Below, piece by piece: positions 39,701-52,000 of a stretch of 64,000 bases of DNA; positions within the stretch are counted from its first letter, which is position 1, and each line of letters begins with the position of its first letter. Made by a program: the position numbers and the translations under genes. The stretch is from Leptospiraceae bacterium (GTDB lineage: Bacteria; Spirochaetota; Leptospiria; Leptospirales; Leptonemataceae): NCBI GenBank assembly GCA_040217195.1, contig JAVJNR010000005.1, positions 480,001 through 544,000 on the forward strand, in the 5' to 3' direction. The notes under the pieces are model-generated. The model searched no databases. It had not been told where the DNA came from and saw nothing but the letters and a program-made list of their open reading frames with translations.

Positions 39701-42616
39701 TGGAACTTTTCGCAACAAGGCGCGGGCACAGCGAGCCAGCCCGGTATCTGTCAGAGAACTCTGTTTCTGCAACCGAACCAGAGCGAATTGCATTTCTTTA
39801 TTTAAGGATACATCGTTCAACCCCTTTAAGAGGGAGACCAGAATACGCCGAATGTCCGGGAATTGTACTCGAGCCCGAATCATATGATACAGGGCCACTC
39901 TCTTCTCTGGCGTTCTTCCTGAATTCGCATCCAGGCCATACCGACGTAACATTCGCGCAGCCGCAGATCTAAAAAAAAGCGAGGGCTGGTATTCCGGATC
40001 ATCCCAGTTTTGAATCAGTCTGTTTAGTTGCCCGAAGTAGGTCTGATCCTTTTCCTTTAATGGTGAAAATAAGAGGTCCAGTGTTGCAAAATCCTGGATC
40101 AATGCAGCCAGGCACTTCTGCTCATTCTCGTCTGGATTCCATTGCCGCCCGGACTGAATACTTGCATCCAGTAAATCTACAACAGGGCCATCCTGCTGAT
40201 AGCCATGGATGAGTGTTCCAGTCAAATGCAGAACTTCCTCTGCTTTGATGGAAGGTTCTTCCATAAGAAAGAGCTCCTTCGGTCCGCTGAAGTAATCTGG
40301 CGGCGTAGCTTCTAATAAATTCTGCTTACCCTCGTCCGGCGAATCCTCTCCGCTTACGCGGAACAATTGTTCTCCCTCGGAGATCGATCTCCCCAGCACC
40401 AGACCATCCGCTGTTTTACCTTTAATCAATTTGTCTTCTTCGCCGTTTTCCAGCAGGAATTCTATCGTTCCATCTCTATCGGCCACAATCTGACATTCCA
40501 TTTTCATGGCAGATATTACAAGTAAGCAGTCCCCTTTACGAACTCCAATTCCAGGTTGCAGCGAGTTTCCGTTTGAGTCCTTACCGAGTTGAACGAATGT
40601 GGCTGCAAAAGGGGCCCGCACGGTGCCTGGTAGGTCCAGTTCCGCTTCCGTGCCCACAGGCTCAATTTGCATCCGATAGTACCGAATACGGCGATCCCTC
40701 TCCATAATTCGAATAGACCGAAATCCGGCGCGATGATCAATTCGAACTGGGGAGCTATATCCATCTCGAATAACCAGAAGGTCATCCATAGAATCCAGTC
40801 TGTTTTGAACTTTCAATTCGCAGTATGGAGTACCATTCACGTATGCATAGTACACTCCTGTACCTTTCCGAAGAAGATCAACAGGAATGGCACCTCCTGC
40901 CATACGCACCCTGTATCCACGGGGCAATTTCTGAGCCTGGATTCGCTCCAGCGCATCACCCAGATCCTGGCATCGAAAGGTTTCTTCTAGATCTCTCTTT
41001 AGCCTGGATTCAAAATCTCCTACGGCCGCAAAGACTGCGGCCTGAACCGGATCCTTTTCTTCCATTCGCTGAAGCTCTTCATTCTGGGTCAGAATCAAGT
41101 TCGAATAGTTACCTTCCACAAAGGATGGATGTCGCACAATGGCCAGGAGCTGATCTACATTTGAAGTGAGTCCTGCAACATATAGCTCGCTCAAAGCCCT
41201 TTCCAGTCTGGAAATAGCTTCATTGCGATCCTTGCCCCGAACGATCAGCTTCCCGATCATGGGGTCATAGTCTGGAAGCACTCGGTCTCCCTGACGAAAT
41301 CCAAAGTCGCAGCGAACACCATTGAAGGTTGGAAGATCCAGTTCGAGAATTCTTCCAGGTGCAGGCGCGAAATCATTCCAGGGATCCTCCGCATAGATTC
41401 TACATTCAATGGCATGTTCCTTCTCTGCAAACCTTAGCCGGAATACTCTTTCGTATGGAATCTCAATTTCCCTGCCATCGTAGTAGAGTAACTGCCATTT
41501 CGCCAGATCTATCTGGAGCGATTGGTCCGTTACTGGATATTCTACCTGTAACCGGGTATTCATCTCCAGAAATCCGAACTGGCCGGTATTGGCATCCAGA
41601 AGAAATTCCACCGTGCCAGCGCCACCTCCCTCGCGATAGCCCGAGCAATGGGCCATGGTTTCCGCCTCCGCCAGAAGTTTCAGCCGGGTATGGTGATCCA
41701 GGAAAGCATCGCCGGACTCTTCGATAATCTTCTGATTTCTGCGCTGAACGGCGCATTTCCGAATTCCGATGGCATGTCCGTTGAAAATCTGAACCTCAAT
41801 GTGCACCGGTACTTCCACCAGCTTTTCCAGGTAGCAATCGCTATTTCCATAGTTCTGCTGACCGATTCGCCTGGCAGACTCCAGGGCCCGGGAAAGCTCA
41901 GATGGATGTTCCACCGCAAACATCCCTTTACCACCTCCACCGGCATCAAGTTTCAATATTACAGGAAAACCTATCCGCTCTGCCTCCTCTTTCGCATGAT
42001 TTTCATCTTTAAGGATGGCGCTTCCTTCGAACAGAGCCACACCATTTTCTCGCGCAAGTCTGCGAGCATCGATCTTATTGCTCACGCGACGCATGGTCTT
42101 TGATCCTGGGCCCATGAACATTAGCCCATCGTTCGTTACCGAGGATACATCCGCATCCTGGTTCAGAAAGCCAGGATGCATTTTAGAATCCGCGGAGGGC
42201 GATTTTTCATGCTCATCCAGTGGAAATTCCGTTTCGTTATTGGCTTCCTCCAGAGCTTCCACAAATCGAAAGTCCTCGGATAGGAAGCCGTACCCTGGGT
42301 AAATTGCATTGGCACCGGTTAGTTTTGCAGCGGCGATGATGGTTGCCGGGTCTGCATAGTTTCGTGCTTCTCCGATGTAGACAACCTGATTGGCAAATTC
42401 AAACCAGGATTGCTGCCGGTCCACATCCGTAACTACAGCGACGGAAGGAATCCCTTCCTCTTTAAGCAAGAAGAAGAATCTTCGAGCTATTTCACCTCGG
42501 TTGGCTACAAGAACCTTCTGCAGTCTTCCCTTTCGTTTGCCCACGGTGGGATCGGTGCACACCGCAGGGTTCAGAACCCTTAGATTTTCCAGAGCAACGG
42601 CAATTTCCTTTTTCAT
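36791..42616 (-). CDS. Single-chain multidomain acyl/acetyl-CoA carboxylase (BC-BCCP-central-CT), 1941 aa
   Basis: BC motifs VANRGEIA, YPGYGFLSE, GGGGKGM, QRRNQKIIEE, EMNTRLQVEY, ECRIYAEDP and YDPMIGKL. Biotin motif SAMKME. CT motifs NDGAGANI, LTGSNVIRSVTGE, NAPGFLPG..QE and AVMGAEAA. Confidence 0.9.
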   Translation of the reverse strand: MKKEIAVALENLRVLNPAVCTDPTVGKRKGRLQKVLVANRGEIARRFFFLLKEEGIPSVAVVTDVDRQQSWFEFANQVVYIGEARNYADPATIIAAAKLTGANAIYPGYGFLSEDFRFVEALEEANNETEFPLDEHEKSPSADSKMHPGFLNQDADVSSVTNDGLMFMGPGSKTMRRVSNKIDARRLARENGVALFEGSAILKDENHAKEEAERIGFPVILKLDAGGGGKGMFAVEHPSELSRALESARRIGQQNYGNSDCYLEKLVEVPVHIEVQIFNGHAIGIRKCAVQRRNQKIIEESGDAFLDHHTRLKLLAEAETMAHCSGYREGGGAGTVEFLLDANTGQFGFLEMNTRLQVEYPVTDQSLQIDLAKWQLLYYDGREIEIPYERVFRLRFAEKEHAIECRIYAEDPWNDFAPAPGRILELDLPTFNGVRCDFGFRQGDRVLPDYDPMIGKLIVRGKDRNEAISRLERALSELYVAGLTSNVDQLLAIVRHPSFVEGNYSNLILTQNEELQRMEEKDPVQAAVFAAVGDFESRLKRDLEETFRCQDLGDALERIQAQKLPRGYRVRMAGGAIPVDLLRKGTGVYYAYVNGTPYCELKVQNRLDSMDDLLVIRDGYSSPVRIDHRAGFRSIRIMERDRRIRYYRMQIEPVGTEAELDLPGTVRAPFAATFVQLGKDSNGNSLQPGIGVRKGDCLLVISAMKMECQIVADRDGTIEFLLENGEEDKLIKGKTADGLVLGRSISEGEQLFRVSGEDSPDEGKQNLLEATPPDYFSGPKELFLMEEPSIKAEEVLHLTGTLIHGYQQDGPVVDLLDASIQSGRQWNPDENEQKCLAALIQDFATLDLLFSPLKEKDQTYFGQLNRLIQNWDDPEYQPSLFFRSAAARMLRRYGLDANSGRTPEKRVALYHMIRARVQFPDIRRILVSLLKGLNDVSLNKEMQFALVRLQKQSSLTDTGLARCARALLRKVPLESSRSLDPGQLPISENQIQNYLQPEWPDFVRMEIERLLELDSVKEDLDQRDISGAEHSRYEQNWVRIDSGHRNVATYVHKQGKPGYCMVWLDDDSTNAESVLRDDTGIPDLERAARSASKALKKLQSDYPAVRWKLHILGHGQIAAMDFRSIHGYSQYESIMKVIRRLVVHYLPLPVDSVIADYLTREYSGSTKRRLFRISALNGQARLEMVPEEDPVHPNGSADIDDATRGLLEKGKWTPEIWARETFDPGTIREIRFPRLEAMLELDGENQKANLPNRLRRIGSRLFAGEMHNQDCLFYIKDSRVNGGATGNLEGQMYVASLHYAYLSDTPIYIWNDGAGANIKEGMIALNRAAEGFFFNALTSNRPKYDEYFRRCTEIQDPEIHELLSDVESMVESDGKIQPESFFLAAVGMGSSTGLDVYGSSQAPIQVMLDEPGSFRVLTGSNVIRSVTGEDLTNYEIGGAPVMGFTGTVDRIARDKSELILEIRKIHRLMRTAEKPEKEKSLSYSLPDSAALRNNGQTDSMFGSYVTHALLDFCTGGELISLKENYSAAGALGAWLGRIQGQPYLIMGPGEAGIRSIAAIHKARDLLRAADRLALPVILFFGKHWYRPGPETEATERIRARMDFLRTCANLRSSTYHMVLDPEGLNRVALNQNAEAIILVSPDKDPDIEAESPADFQESSIFSAFMRISEINALSAMRTGTPPELELQLPEASQPFDMKEILRGIVDSRTLMFWQDSRPEPNLITATARLNGKSIAIIADQPVRGGVPDARGTERFRQFVERIDVRGLPLLMLSNAPGFLPGTQQERLRIQQIGGESLDVNVLSSIPIVSVVLRQNYGGRQIHAFSRFLRPGIYSIALRDATMAVMGAEAAFELFKQKEYQKLLREERIHEARKLRSEYLDDYRARFRADQDALGSGALDEVVDAIDLRDSIIRGFDVAENRTARWKGDVFLKRKSIEPSYS

Positions 42617-43014
42617 ACCATTCTCTCCATGGAAACCTGTGCGATTGCATAATCTACAGAGTGACTCAATGATACTCTGCTTCTTAGTTCATTTGATCTC
42701 ACGAATTGATCGGTTTGGCCGCTAAACTGGAAGAACGGTCTGCCATACTCATCCTTACAGATAGATGCTTCCCGGTATTGAAAGTTAAAGGCAGCCGGGC
42801 TGCTGATTCTTGCTCCATCCAGTGCCTTTAAACAGGCTTCCTTCGCAGCGTACCGAACAGCAAATCTCTGAGCCTGCTGCTGAGGGGCTGCATTCATACA
42901 ATAATCGAATTCTAAGTTCGAAAAGTAATCCTTGAAGAAGGAGGTACCCGGCTCTGCCAGAGCTGCTGCAAATTCAGGTACATGCACGATGTCGACTCCA
43001 ATCCCGTAGATCAT
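42613..43014 (-). CDS. acpS: Holo-ACP synthase (AcpS-type 4'-phosphopantetheinyl transferase)
   Basis: GIGVDIV, RYAAKEACLKAL, GRP, VSLSHS.DYAIA. ATGA overlaps with both neighbours. Confidence 0.92.
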   Translation of the reverse strand: MIYGIGVDIVHVPEFAAALAEPGTSFFKDYFSNLEFDYCMNAAPQQQAQRFAVRYAAKEACLKALDGARISSPAAFNFQYREASICKDEYGRPFFQFSGQTDQFVRSNELRSRVSLSHSVDYAIAQVSMERMV

Positions 43015-46000
43015 TTCGCCACCTCCCTGGTTTCGAAACGACCTTCAGTAGCATTCCAGCGACTATCGGAATTCAGTAGCATTTCTGCTTCTTCGCTTAG
43101 TTCCCGGGGTTCTGGAACCCTTCGCACAAACAGGGGATTCTGTAACCCGGTTCTCATTTCATGAAGTCTTCTCACAATTGAACGGGATCGTTTCTGTAAT
43201 TTGCTTCTATATAGCTTTTTCTCTTCCTGAGTCAAAAAGCTTTCAAACAACACTCCGGAGATTAGCAGGCCCATGGCCCCCACATGTCCAAATCCCAGAG
43301 TACTGAAAAGACCGGCTTTAATTCTACCTTCGCCCAGATGAATCGTTTCATCCGTAAAAAGTAGATGCGAAAATTCGTTCATGGCCCGGTCCACGTTTTG
43401 AAGGCTACGGTTCCCGGGAATTATGCCTGAGTGCATGCATTGTAGCAAACCTATCATCTGCCAGCTGGCCGCCCCGGCCTTGGAATGCCCTGTGTAGGAC
43501 TTCTGCGACACCACCGGAAGTGGATTTCCGGGATGCCGACCCAGCTGTTTCTGTATTGTTTCGTGGAGACGGTTTTCGTTTACATCGTTCGCCTTCGTGG
43601 ATGTATCATGTTTGTAAATGACACCTATGTCATCCGCACCCAGTCCGAAATTTGCAAGCGCCTCTCCCAGCGGGGAACGGCTCTGACAGGTATCACTTGC
43701 AGCCGGGCCAGATACTTCATTTCCTGTCTTTATATCAGAAACGCTTGAATGCGCTGCTTTCGCCTCCGGTCCCGCTACGGACTCCCGGGCTATGGAAAGC
43801 AATCCCTGACCGGGGGCTGGAATGGACATATGTAATCCATCTGAATGGGTAGCTGACATGCCCACCATGCCATACACCGGCAGGCCCATTTCGAATGCCA
43901 GGTCTCCCCGGGCCAGAAGTAGCAACCCTCCACCATGACTTTCAACGAATCCCCCTCTTCTAGAATCGTTGGGTCGTGACATTCTTGCCGGCTCAATCCC
44001 TCGGTCCAGCATCTCATTGGTCTTCGCAGTGGCTTCCATATCGCCAAAGCCAATCATTCCCTGGGCACTTATTTCATCGAAACCTCCGGCCATCAAAAAC
44101 TTGGCCTTTCCGGACTGAAATAGATTCATAGCCATGTCCAGAGATACCCCTCCAGTGGCACATGCAGCTACTGGAGTTTGTATGGGCCCGGTTGAACCCA
44201 GGTAGGCTGTTACTGCGTAGGCTACAGTTACGTTGATTAGAGTTTCCTGCAATGCATCGTTCTGTCTTGTGCGATTGAGCAAATGATCTGTGAAAACCGA
44301 GTTCAGCCTGGAAGTGCCTCCCAGGCCCCCTCCCACTGTGCTGCCTGCATCCGATGGATGAATGTATTCGAAGAGCTCCGACGGTTCCATGCCGGCCTGC
44401 AAAAAGGCCTCCGCTGTGGAAATAAGATTAAACAGAGTCACCCGATCTACCTGTCGGATCAGCTCCCTGGATAAACCGTAACGCTCCGGATCCCATCCAT
44501 CCGGGATCTGTCCGGCCACAAAGCGGTCCAGTCCCACACTCTTAAGCACTCGAATGGTAGTTCCTGCTTTTCTGCGTATAAACCAGCGATCCTTTTGCGA
44601 ATCATGATAGACATCTGTGTCCTCTGGAAGAGCGTCCTGAAATTCTCTGCCTTCGCCTTCATCGGCCACAGGAATATAGAAATCCTCTTCCAGAACAATT
44701 TCGGAATAAACTGGCTGATGGCCAGGATCAAATCCAGTCACCTCCGGGTTTACTAATCTAATTCCGGTGCCGCTTCGAAATCGATCTCCGTATTTTCGAG
44801 AAACTTCCGCTGCGTTAACAATTTCTCCTGATTCCGTATCGACCCAGAAGTAGCCTTCGCCCGTATTCTTATACTCAATCAGTCCCATGGTCCAGGCAAG
44901 CTCCACCGAAGCTTCCAGAGAAAGGTCCCCTCCTTGCTCCAGCTCCCATCGAGTCCTGGTGCTACCTCCCGGGCTCACTTCACCGAATCCAACCACGCAT
45001 ACAATGTCCTCCAGTGACAGGTTGGATTTAATTTCCGTCTGTTCAACCGGTCCGAGCGCTATACTGGAACTATACAGTTCCAGAGGTTTCACCGTTCTTA
45101 CCGACTGTTTCTCCTCGATGTTCAGTTCGAGGGCATAGAGAGCTCGAGCCCTGGTAGATTTTCTTAGAAGCTCTTCGCGAATGGATTGCACTTTTTCGCG
45201 GAGTCCGGTAAGATTTGTTAGTCCACCGGTCAGATCTGCCATCAAGGGCGATGGATCACTCCAGGCATTGAAGCCCATTATACTGGTTATCAGCTCTGCC
45301 ATTTCCTGACTGTGAAAGGTGCGAATCCCATGTACTTTTTCCATCTCAGGGGCTACCACATCGTTCAGTGCCATCAGGCCTGTGCTTCGCACCCAGCCGA
45401 TTCGCACAGCTTTCAATGAACAATAGCGTCCCCACTGTTCGTATTCCGAGTACCACTTTCGCAACATCACTTCCAGAGCCAATTTCGACTCAGCATAAAG
45501 TCCATCTTTGCCGAAGGCTCCATGGTTTGGTGACAGAGGCAGAATAAACTGAAAAGGTCCCTTCAGAAATCGCTTCCTGTACTGCTCCACCACTTCAGCA
45601 AGCAAAGACTGAACTCCCAAAAGCATAACTCGAATACCGGCAAGGCTATCTGGTCCTACAGAAGCCAGGTCCCCTTCCTCCCCTATGGCTCCAAAGGGCA
45701 GAATAGTATCTGGTATCCAATCCTGGTCAAAGCAATACTCCACCAGATCCCGGATGTCTGAAAGCGAGCCCTGGGAAAAAGGGATTACTATTAGGCTGGA
45801 ATCCTTTGAAGCAGAGATCTGATACACATCCTTGTAAAACTCCAACCGATCATCCGAGTAGGTGCTTGTTCCCAGAATCACCGTGGCGCCGGAACTGAGT
45901 AGATTTCGCACTATATCAAGAGCTATTGAGCCCGGACCAGCTCCGGTCACCAGGATGCAACGACCGGACAGGTTCATTGGATTGCTTGATGATGGTAATT

Positions 46001-49000
46001 GTTTCAAAAACTCTTCAACTGAACAATCATAGTCCTGAAAGCTCTGGCCTTCATCATTGCTTCGTCGAAAGGATGCATGGCCGGAGTCAAAAAGTTCCGG
46101 AATTACATTTCCAGGCTCTTCGATGGATCGCAGGTTTAGACTTCCGTCCCTGGATATCTCGGTTTCGCATTGGATCCGTCCGTGTATAGAATAGTATCCG
46201 CTGCTGGCTATCTGTAGATCCTCTTTGAGTTCCTGAACTCTAATCTCTACATCTGGATTTCTATGGTGGGCCTTACGCTCCATGTAGCCAAGCAAGGATT
46301 CAAGACTATCTGCACAGCTGCGGCTCTGACGCTTCAGGCTTTCGCTGAAATGGGGTCGATTTCCGGTCATTAGTTCCCAGAATTCGCAATAAAGATTCTT
46401 ACGAATCCAGGGCAGGGGGTTGTCGAAATGAACTACCTTCCGAGAGTCAAACCTTGATTCCAGTATGGACTTGTATTGTTTACCATGCTCTTTGTCGCTT
46501 GTTACGGAAGCATTTGCCAGAGTTGTTCGATCCTGAACGATGAGTGGCTCAAAGGGATCCTGTCCCAGTAGTTGCTGGCTTGTAGCCCGAATCAGTCGAG
46601 CAAAGCTACCTTCCAATCCAAAGTACCTGGCTTCCAGTTCCGCCAGAGCGGCTGAATCCACGGCCACTGCTCCTGTCCGGGAATCATCGCTCTGGATTTG
46701 AATTCCCTTTTCCTGGGCAAGGCTGTGCAGGGCCTTTTCCAGCCATTGATCGGCCTGATCTTTGCTTGAGAATCTCTTATCCACAGGCAGAGAACCCAGA
46801 TTTCCATCCCGGATGGACGGACCACTGCGGGCCATTAATGGAAACCTCACAGTTGCCAGAATGATTAAACCTTCTGGCGCAGACTTTGATCTAAGAAATT
46901 CCAGCACTTCCGGTCGATTTCGCCCGGGGGGCATAAATTCTTTTAGAAAATTCTCAAATGCAGCTCGAAGATAAGGCCCAGGTCCACCGTAGGAAACCTT
47001 TCGCCTCAATAGATCAATTACATCGCTGAGCCTCTTTTCTTGAACTCCTTCCAGTTCAGATGTATTGAACTCAGACGCCAGATCTGCAAGAACCTGATTT
47101 CTCTTACTCGAATTACCTCCGAAGATTTCATCAATGGTTTCCGATTCCTGAATTTGTTCTGCTCTAAGCTCAGCCTTCCAGGCAAGAAGCGCAAAAAGCC
47201 CCTCCTTCGCATCCATCAATTTTCCAGGATCAGCGCTTTCAGACTGAATTTGTTTTGTCCCTTTCTCGCTTAAATCCTTCGCGTCAGGTTCCTCTTGCCC
47301 CACAGATGCTGATGGGCGGCTTACCTTTGACTCCGGCTTATCGCTTTGGCTGATTTCCATTTTCGTTTCAGATTCAACCGGTGCCTTCGCCTCGTCCAAC
47401 TCCGATTCAGACCGAGCAATTGCCGATTCGGCGGACTCTTTACTTCTATGGTCTTCGTAAAGATCAAATGCATCTTCCATTCTCTGGAAAACCCGGGCTT
47501 CATCCTCTTCTACGTGCAGAACCTCCACAGCATGAGGCAGATCCATTTGTTTCAGAGTCTGACGTGCCATACCGGCCAGGTCCCCCCTTGCTCCGATATC
47601 GATTACTCGGCGAATACCCTTTTCCTGAAACAGATAATCCTGGGTTTGAATCCACAACACTGGCTGCGCGAACTGATAAGCCAATAGCTCAATTAGCAAA
47701 AGCTTTCTGGCCTCTGCCAGAGGGATGGAACTATCCTGGATTTCTCTTATCGCAGAGGAACCGGTCTTACTCTGCACAGCCCTTAAGAATTCATCTGTCA
47801 GAGTAAAGGGTTGAGCTACCAGGTTGGGAATATAGCGTCCGTCCAGTGTTTCCAGACCGTTAACGGAATTCAGGTTTTGCTGAAGCACTTCCCGGAACGC
47901 TGAAACTCCCGGCAATAGAATACTTGAATGAAAAGGTACATCGATTCCCGGAATTCGCACAAAGGTCTTATGACCTCCGGATACTTTCCGCAAATCAGCC
48001 TCCAGTGCTTCAATAGCATCAATGTGTCCTGTGACTGAATACTGACGATCTCGAATATTGAAGTTTACAATCTCCAGGGGCTTATCCACTTTAGCCCGCG
48101 TTTCAGCCACCAGTTCTTCAATTCGCATTTCTGAAAGTCCGGCCTTTTTGTTTCCCAGAACCACAGTCATGCGATAGGGACTATTTCCATGCTCGTCGCG
48201 CTCCACCAGAGACTGCATCGTAAGACCACGATGGTATACGATTCGAATAACCGATTCCAGCGGAAGTATACCCTGACTGGCCAGAGCCGCGTACTCTCCC
48301 AGAGAATGTCCGGCAAAGCAAGCATCCCGGGATAACAAGCCGTTTTCTCTGAGGATAGCCCAGTCTGCCATGGCTTTGGCAACCAATCCGACCTGAGTGA
48401 ACTGAGTAAGATTCAATACGCCCTTTGGGTGTCGGAATTTTTCATGCCCAATGCGAACCTCCTCGGGATTGTTTCTAACTATGTCCAGGATGGAAAATCC
48501 AAGCTCCTCTGTTGTTACCACTTCTGCTTGATCCCAGACTTGCCGGGCGGATGCGTACCGGTCATAGAATGCCATACCCATTCCCTGGGACTGAGACCCC
48601 TGGCCGGTAAATACATAGGCCGTGGGCACCTGCTCTATGGTTGCCTGTCCCAGGTATACCTGAACTCCACTCTCGGTTATCGCCTCCACTCTAAGGTTTT
48701 TCCTTCCTCTTGAGTTGGACACATGATAGGTGCGGATGAAGAATTCCTGTCCCGGGTGCAGGGGCGCCTGAAACTGAGATTTGAGCGAAGTAACCCTGGA
48801 TGCATCCCCGGCTGCCACATTTCGCACCAGAGAGTCCAGGATTCGCGCAGATGTCCACATGCCGTGAACTATGGGACTGGAGAACCCGGCCTCCAGGGCC
48901 ATATGCGAATCCAGATGAATTGGATTCAGATCACCGGAAGCATTTGCATAATCGTTCATGCTTGATGGGCTCTCATCTTTTTCAGAGTAGATCAGTACAG

Positions 49001-52000
49001 GCTTTTCCAGGGTCACTTCTTCGGAGCTCACCGGAAACAGATTCAGTAGCTTTTCCAGTGGACTGTTTTTACCCTTCCAGTCCAGGTTCACTCGACCCAC
49101 AGGTAGTCCCTGTTGATTCAATTTTCCTTGCACAATCCAATGGGAAGTTCCATCCACCCGGCGCTTAATAATGGCTTTTTCTGGATGGATGGAGACTCTC
49201 CAACCAGGTCCGATTGTTCCGCATTTAAGAAAATCCAGGCCCCTTAAAAATGAAACCGATGCATCGTCTGGCGGTAGAAATTCCAGAGTTTCAGGCCGGT
49301 ATATCTCTGTATTCTCAGTTGGCGCTTCGCCGCGAATCAAGAATCCAGAAACGAAGGATAGAATCACATCCTGCGTTTGATTTCGCAGTTCTCCTCGGAT
49401 TTGAACTTCTTTGCCACTTGCGTTCCAGAGGATTCGCTCTATCCGGGCTCTTGCCTGCACCCTTTCGCCGGTTTTCCATTGAAAGTATCCCTTACCCCAT
49501 TTGAACTCTTGAAATAAATGCACAAGTTGCATTACATCGCCGGCTGCTTCGGGCTCGAATAGGGAGCGAAGCATGGGTTTCCAGCCAGCCACGATGGCGA
49601 AGGAACTCAGAGCACTGCTCTGTCCGTCCACAGCTGCGCGAAACGATTCCAATTGCCTGTCATCCAGGATAAATGAGTACTCCTGGCCTCCGGGGCTAGC
49701 TTCTTGCAAGTCCCAGAGAGATTGATAAAAATCCTGGGAGGTTTTTACAGGAGAGCTGAGTTCCAGAAATCGGGCCCAGGGAAGCCCACTATCCTGAAAT
49801 TGACGCAAAAAGGCAGGACCACCAGACAGAGGAAAGCGGCGAAACAGTATTGAATCACCTTCCAGACTGAGCTCTGCCATAACATGCTTTTTGCCTCTGA
49901 CTCCGGTTCTATAGGCGGTGAGCGCAACCAGGCTACCATCCTTTCCAAGATCCCAGCCCAGACTCATCCCTTCCTCGAGAGCAAAGGCCTGCGGTATTGT
50001 AGAGAGTATCTTTTTATGACCTCGAACCACGAAACGAGCCTTTAGAAGAGTGCAAAGTATGCCCCTGCTTTGAAGACACAATTCGGAAAGCTTATCCAGT
50101 CCGTCTGCGATTGCAGCGTGGGCGGTTTCAGATTCTGAGAGATGGAGTACTTCGTCGGAAGGTTTGCTAGATGCGAAGACCGCCTGCTCAAAGCTCTTGA
50201 GTATCTCTACGACTGGCTCATTCGCTTTTTGAATTCCTGCAACTGCAACTGGTCCAGGAATCCAGGCGCACTGGTCTGGATCAACTCCTTCGCAATGGGA
50301 GTACCAGAGAGAATCCGACCGATACCATTTCAGAAGAGATTCATCCAGGTAAGGAATAAAATTTACCGGCTTACCCGGTTTACGACAAACCTCATAGAAA
50401 TATTGCACATCTTCGGGAAGTACCGGGAGATCAGAAATGCCCGGATGATCAGAGCGAAGTGATTCAATAAAATCAGCAGGACTATTTGAATCGCGCTGCA
50501 GAACAGATTCCTCTTCGGTCTCAGCAAATCTACTCTGTACTCTTTCCAGAAGATTATGAAATCTATCTCTAAATGAGACATCGATAAAAGGCTCATCTGG
50601 CCAGAGACCTTCCGGAGCCTTTAATCGATCACCGGGGGCAGTAAGCTCCAGAAACCTGCGAAGCATCTGTTCATAAGTCATTTCCTCGACGTCACCAAAG
50701 TATGGTTTCACCGTTGCATTTAAAGACTCAATAATGCGAAGGCGATTTTCGGCGATTATTTGATTCGCTTTCTCTCCACCGGCATCGGACAGAAGCTTTT
50801 CCAGATAGCTGGAAGTAGCAGACCAATGATTGGAAGCGTAATAGATATCTGCCCCCAGACCGGAACGACCGGAGACCACATCGGAACCTTTCTGATTCTT
50901 TCGAACATCAGACCAATCGCTTCCGGACAGATTGACCAGTGCTTCCTTAACAGTATTGCTAGTGGCCGCCTCCCTGGCTGCCATCAGTCGGGTGCCAAGA
51001 AAGACTCCATCCACCGGCATGCATGTCTCTGACCAGGTCCCCTGTAGCCATTGATTGGCCTGCTCCGGACTATGAATCCCTCCCCCCACTGTAAGGATTA
51101 CATTCTCTCTGGAGCGAATCCTCGAATAGTTTCGCTCGATTAGTTCCTCAAGATTCTCCCAGCTATGATGCCCGCCGGCCGCTCCACCTTCTACCTGCAT
51201 AATGAGCTTTCGTTCCGGTTTTTCAGCTGCGATTTCCAGAACCTGTGCGATCTGCTTATGGGTGCCTGGCTTAAAGGAGTTAATACAGATACCGACGGAT
51301 TCCAATCCGTCCAGAATTTCCAGAGCTTCTTTTTTGTCCGGAATACCTGCAGATATGGTTACTCCATCGATGGGATAACCTTCCTGTTTTAGTTTGCGCA
51401 CCAGAGGATACTGCAGATTCCAGAGATAAGCATCCAGATACAGTAGATTGACAATAATTCCCTGACCGGACGGTAATTGATTTGCCTGACGCTGAATTCG
51501 CTGTCTGAATATCGCCTCCGTTACCTGGCCTCCTCCGGCCCACTCTACAATTCTTCCTTCGCAGGCAGCAGAAAGCACAATATCAATTTCTGCAGTAGTA
51601 GGCGTCATACCACCGCCAAAAATAGGTGGCCTTCCGGTAAACCTGGAATACGCGTTCAATGCGATGCAACTTCCATCTGGAAGTTTACCCTGCACTGGGG
51701 CATAATCCTTCCAGGGCCTGGTGCGGCGAAAAGATCCGTTTATCAGTTTATCAATTCCGGATTTCTTATGTAAACCTGGTTGAATCGCACCCACCGGCTC
51801 CAGATAGGGCCTACTTATGGCGCGAATGCTTTCCCCGGGACCAAAGCTAAGACAGTAAGAGGCCCCCAGACCGGCTGCTTTTTGCATCAGTCTGTGCCAA
51901 TCCACCTTTCGAATAGTCGAAGCTTCTACCACATATTGTTCCAGATCACCTACTTCCTGCAGATTACGGCCATTCAAAGGATCCAAAACCGGAATCTTGA

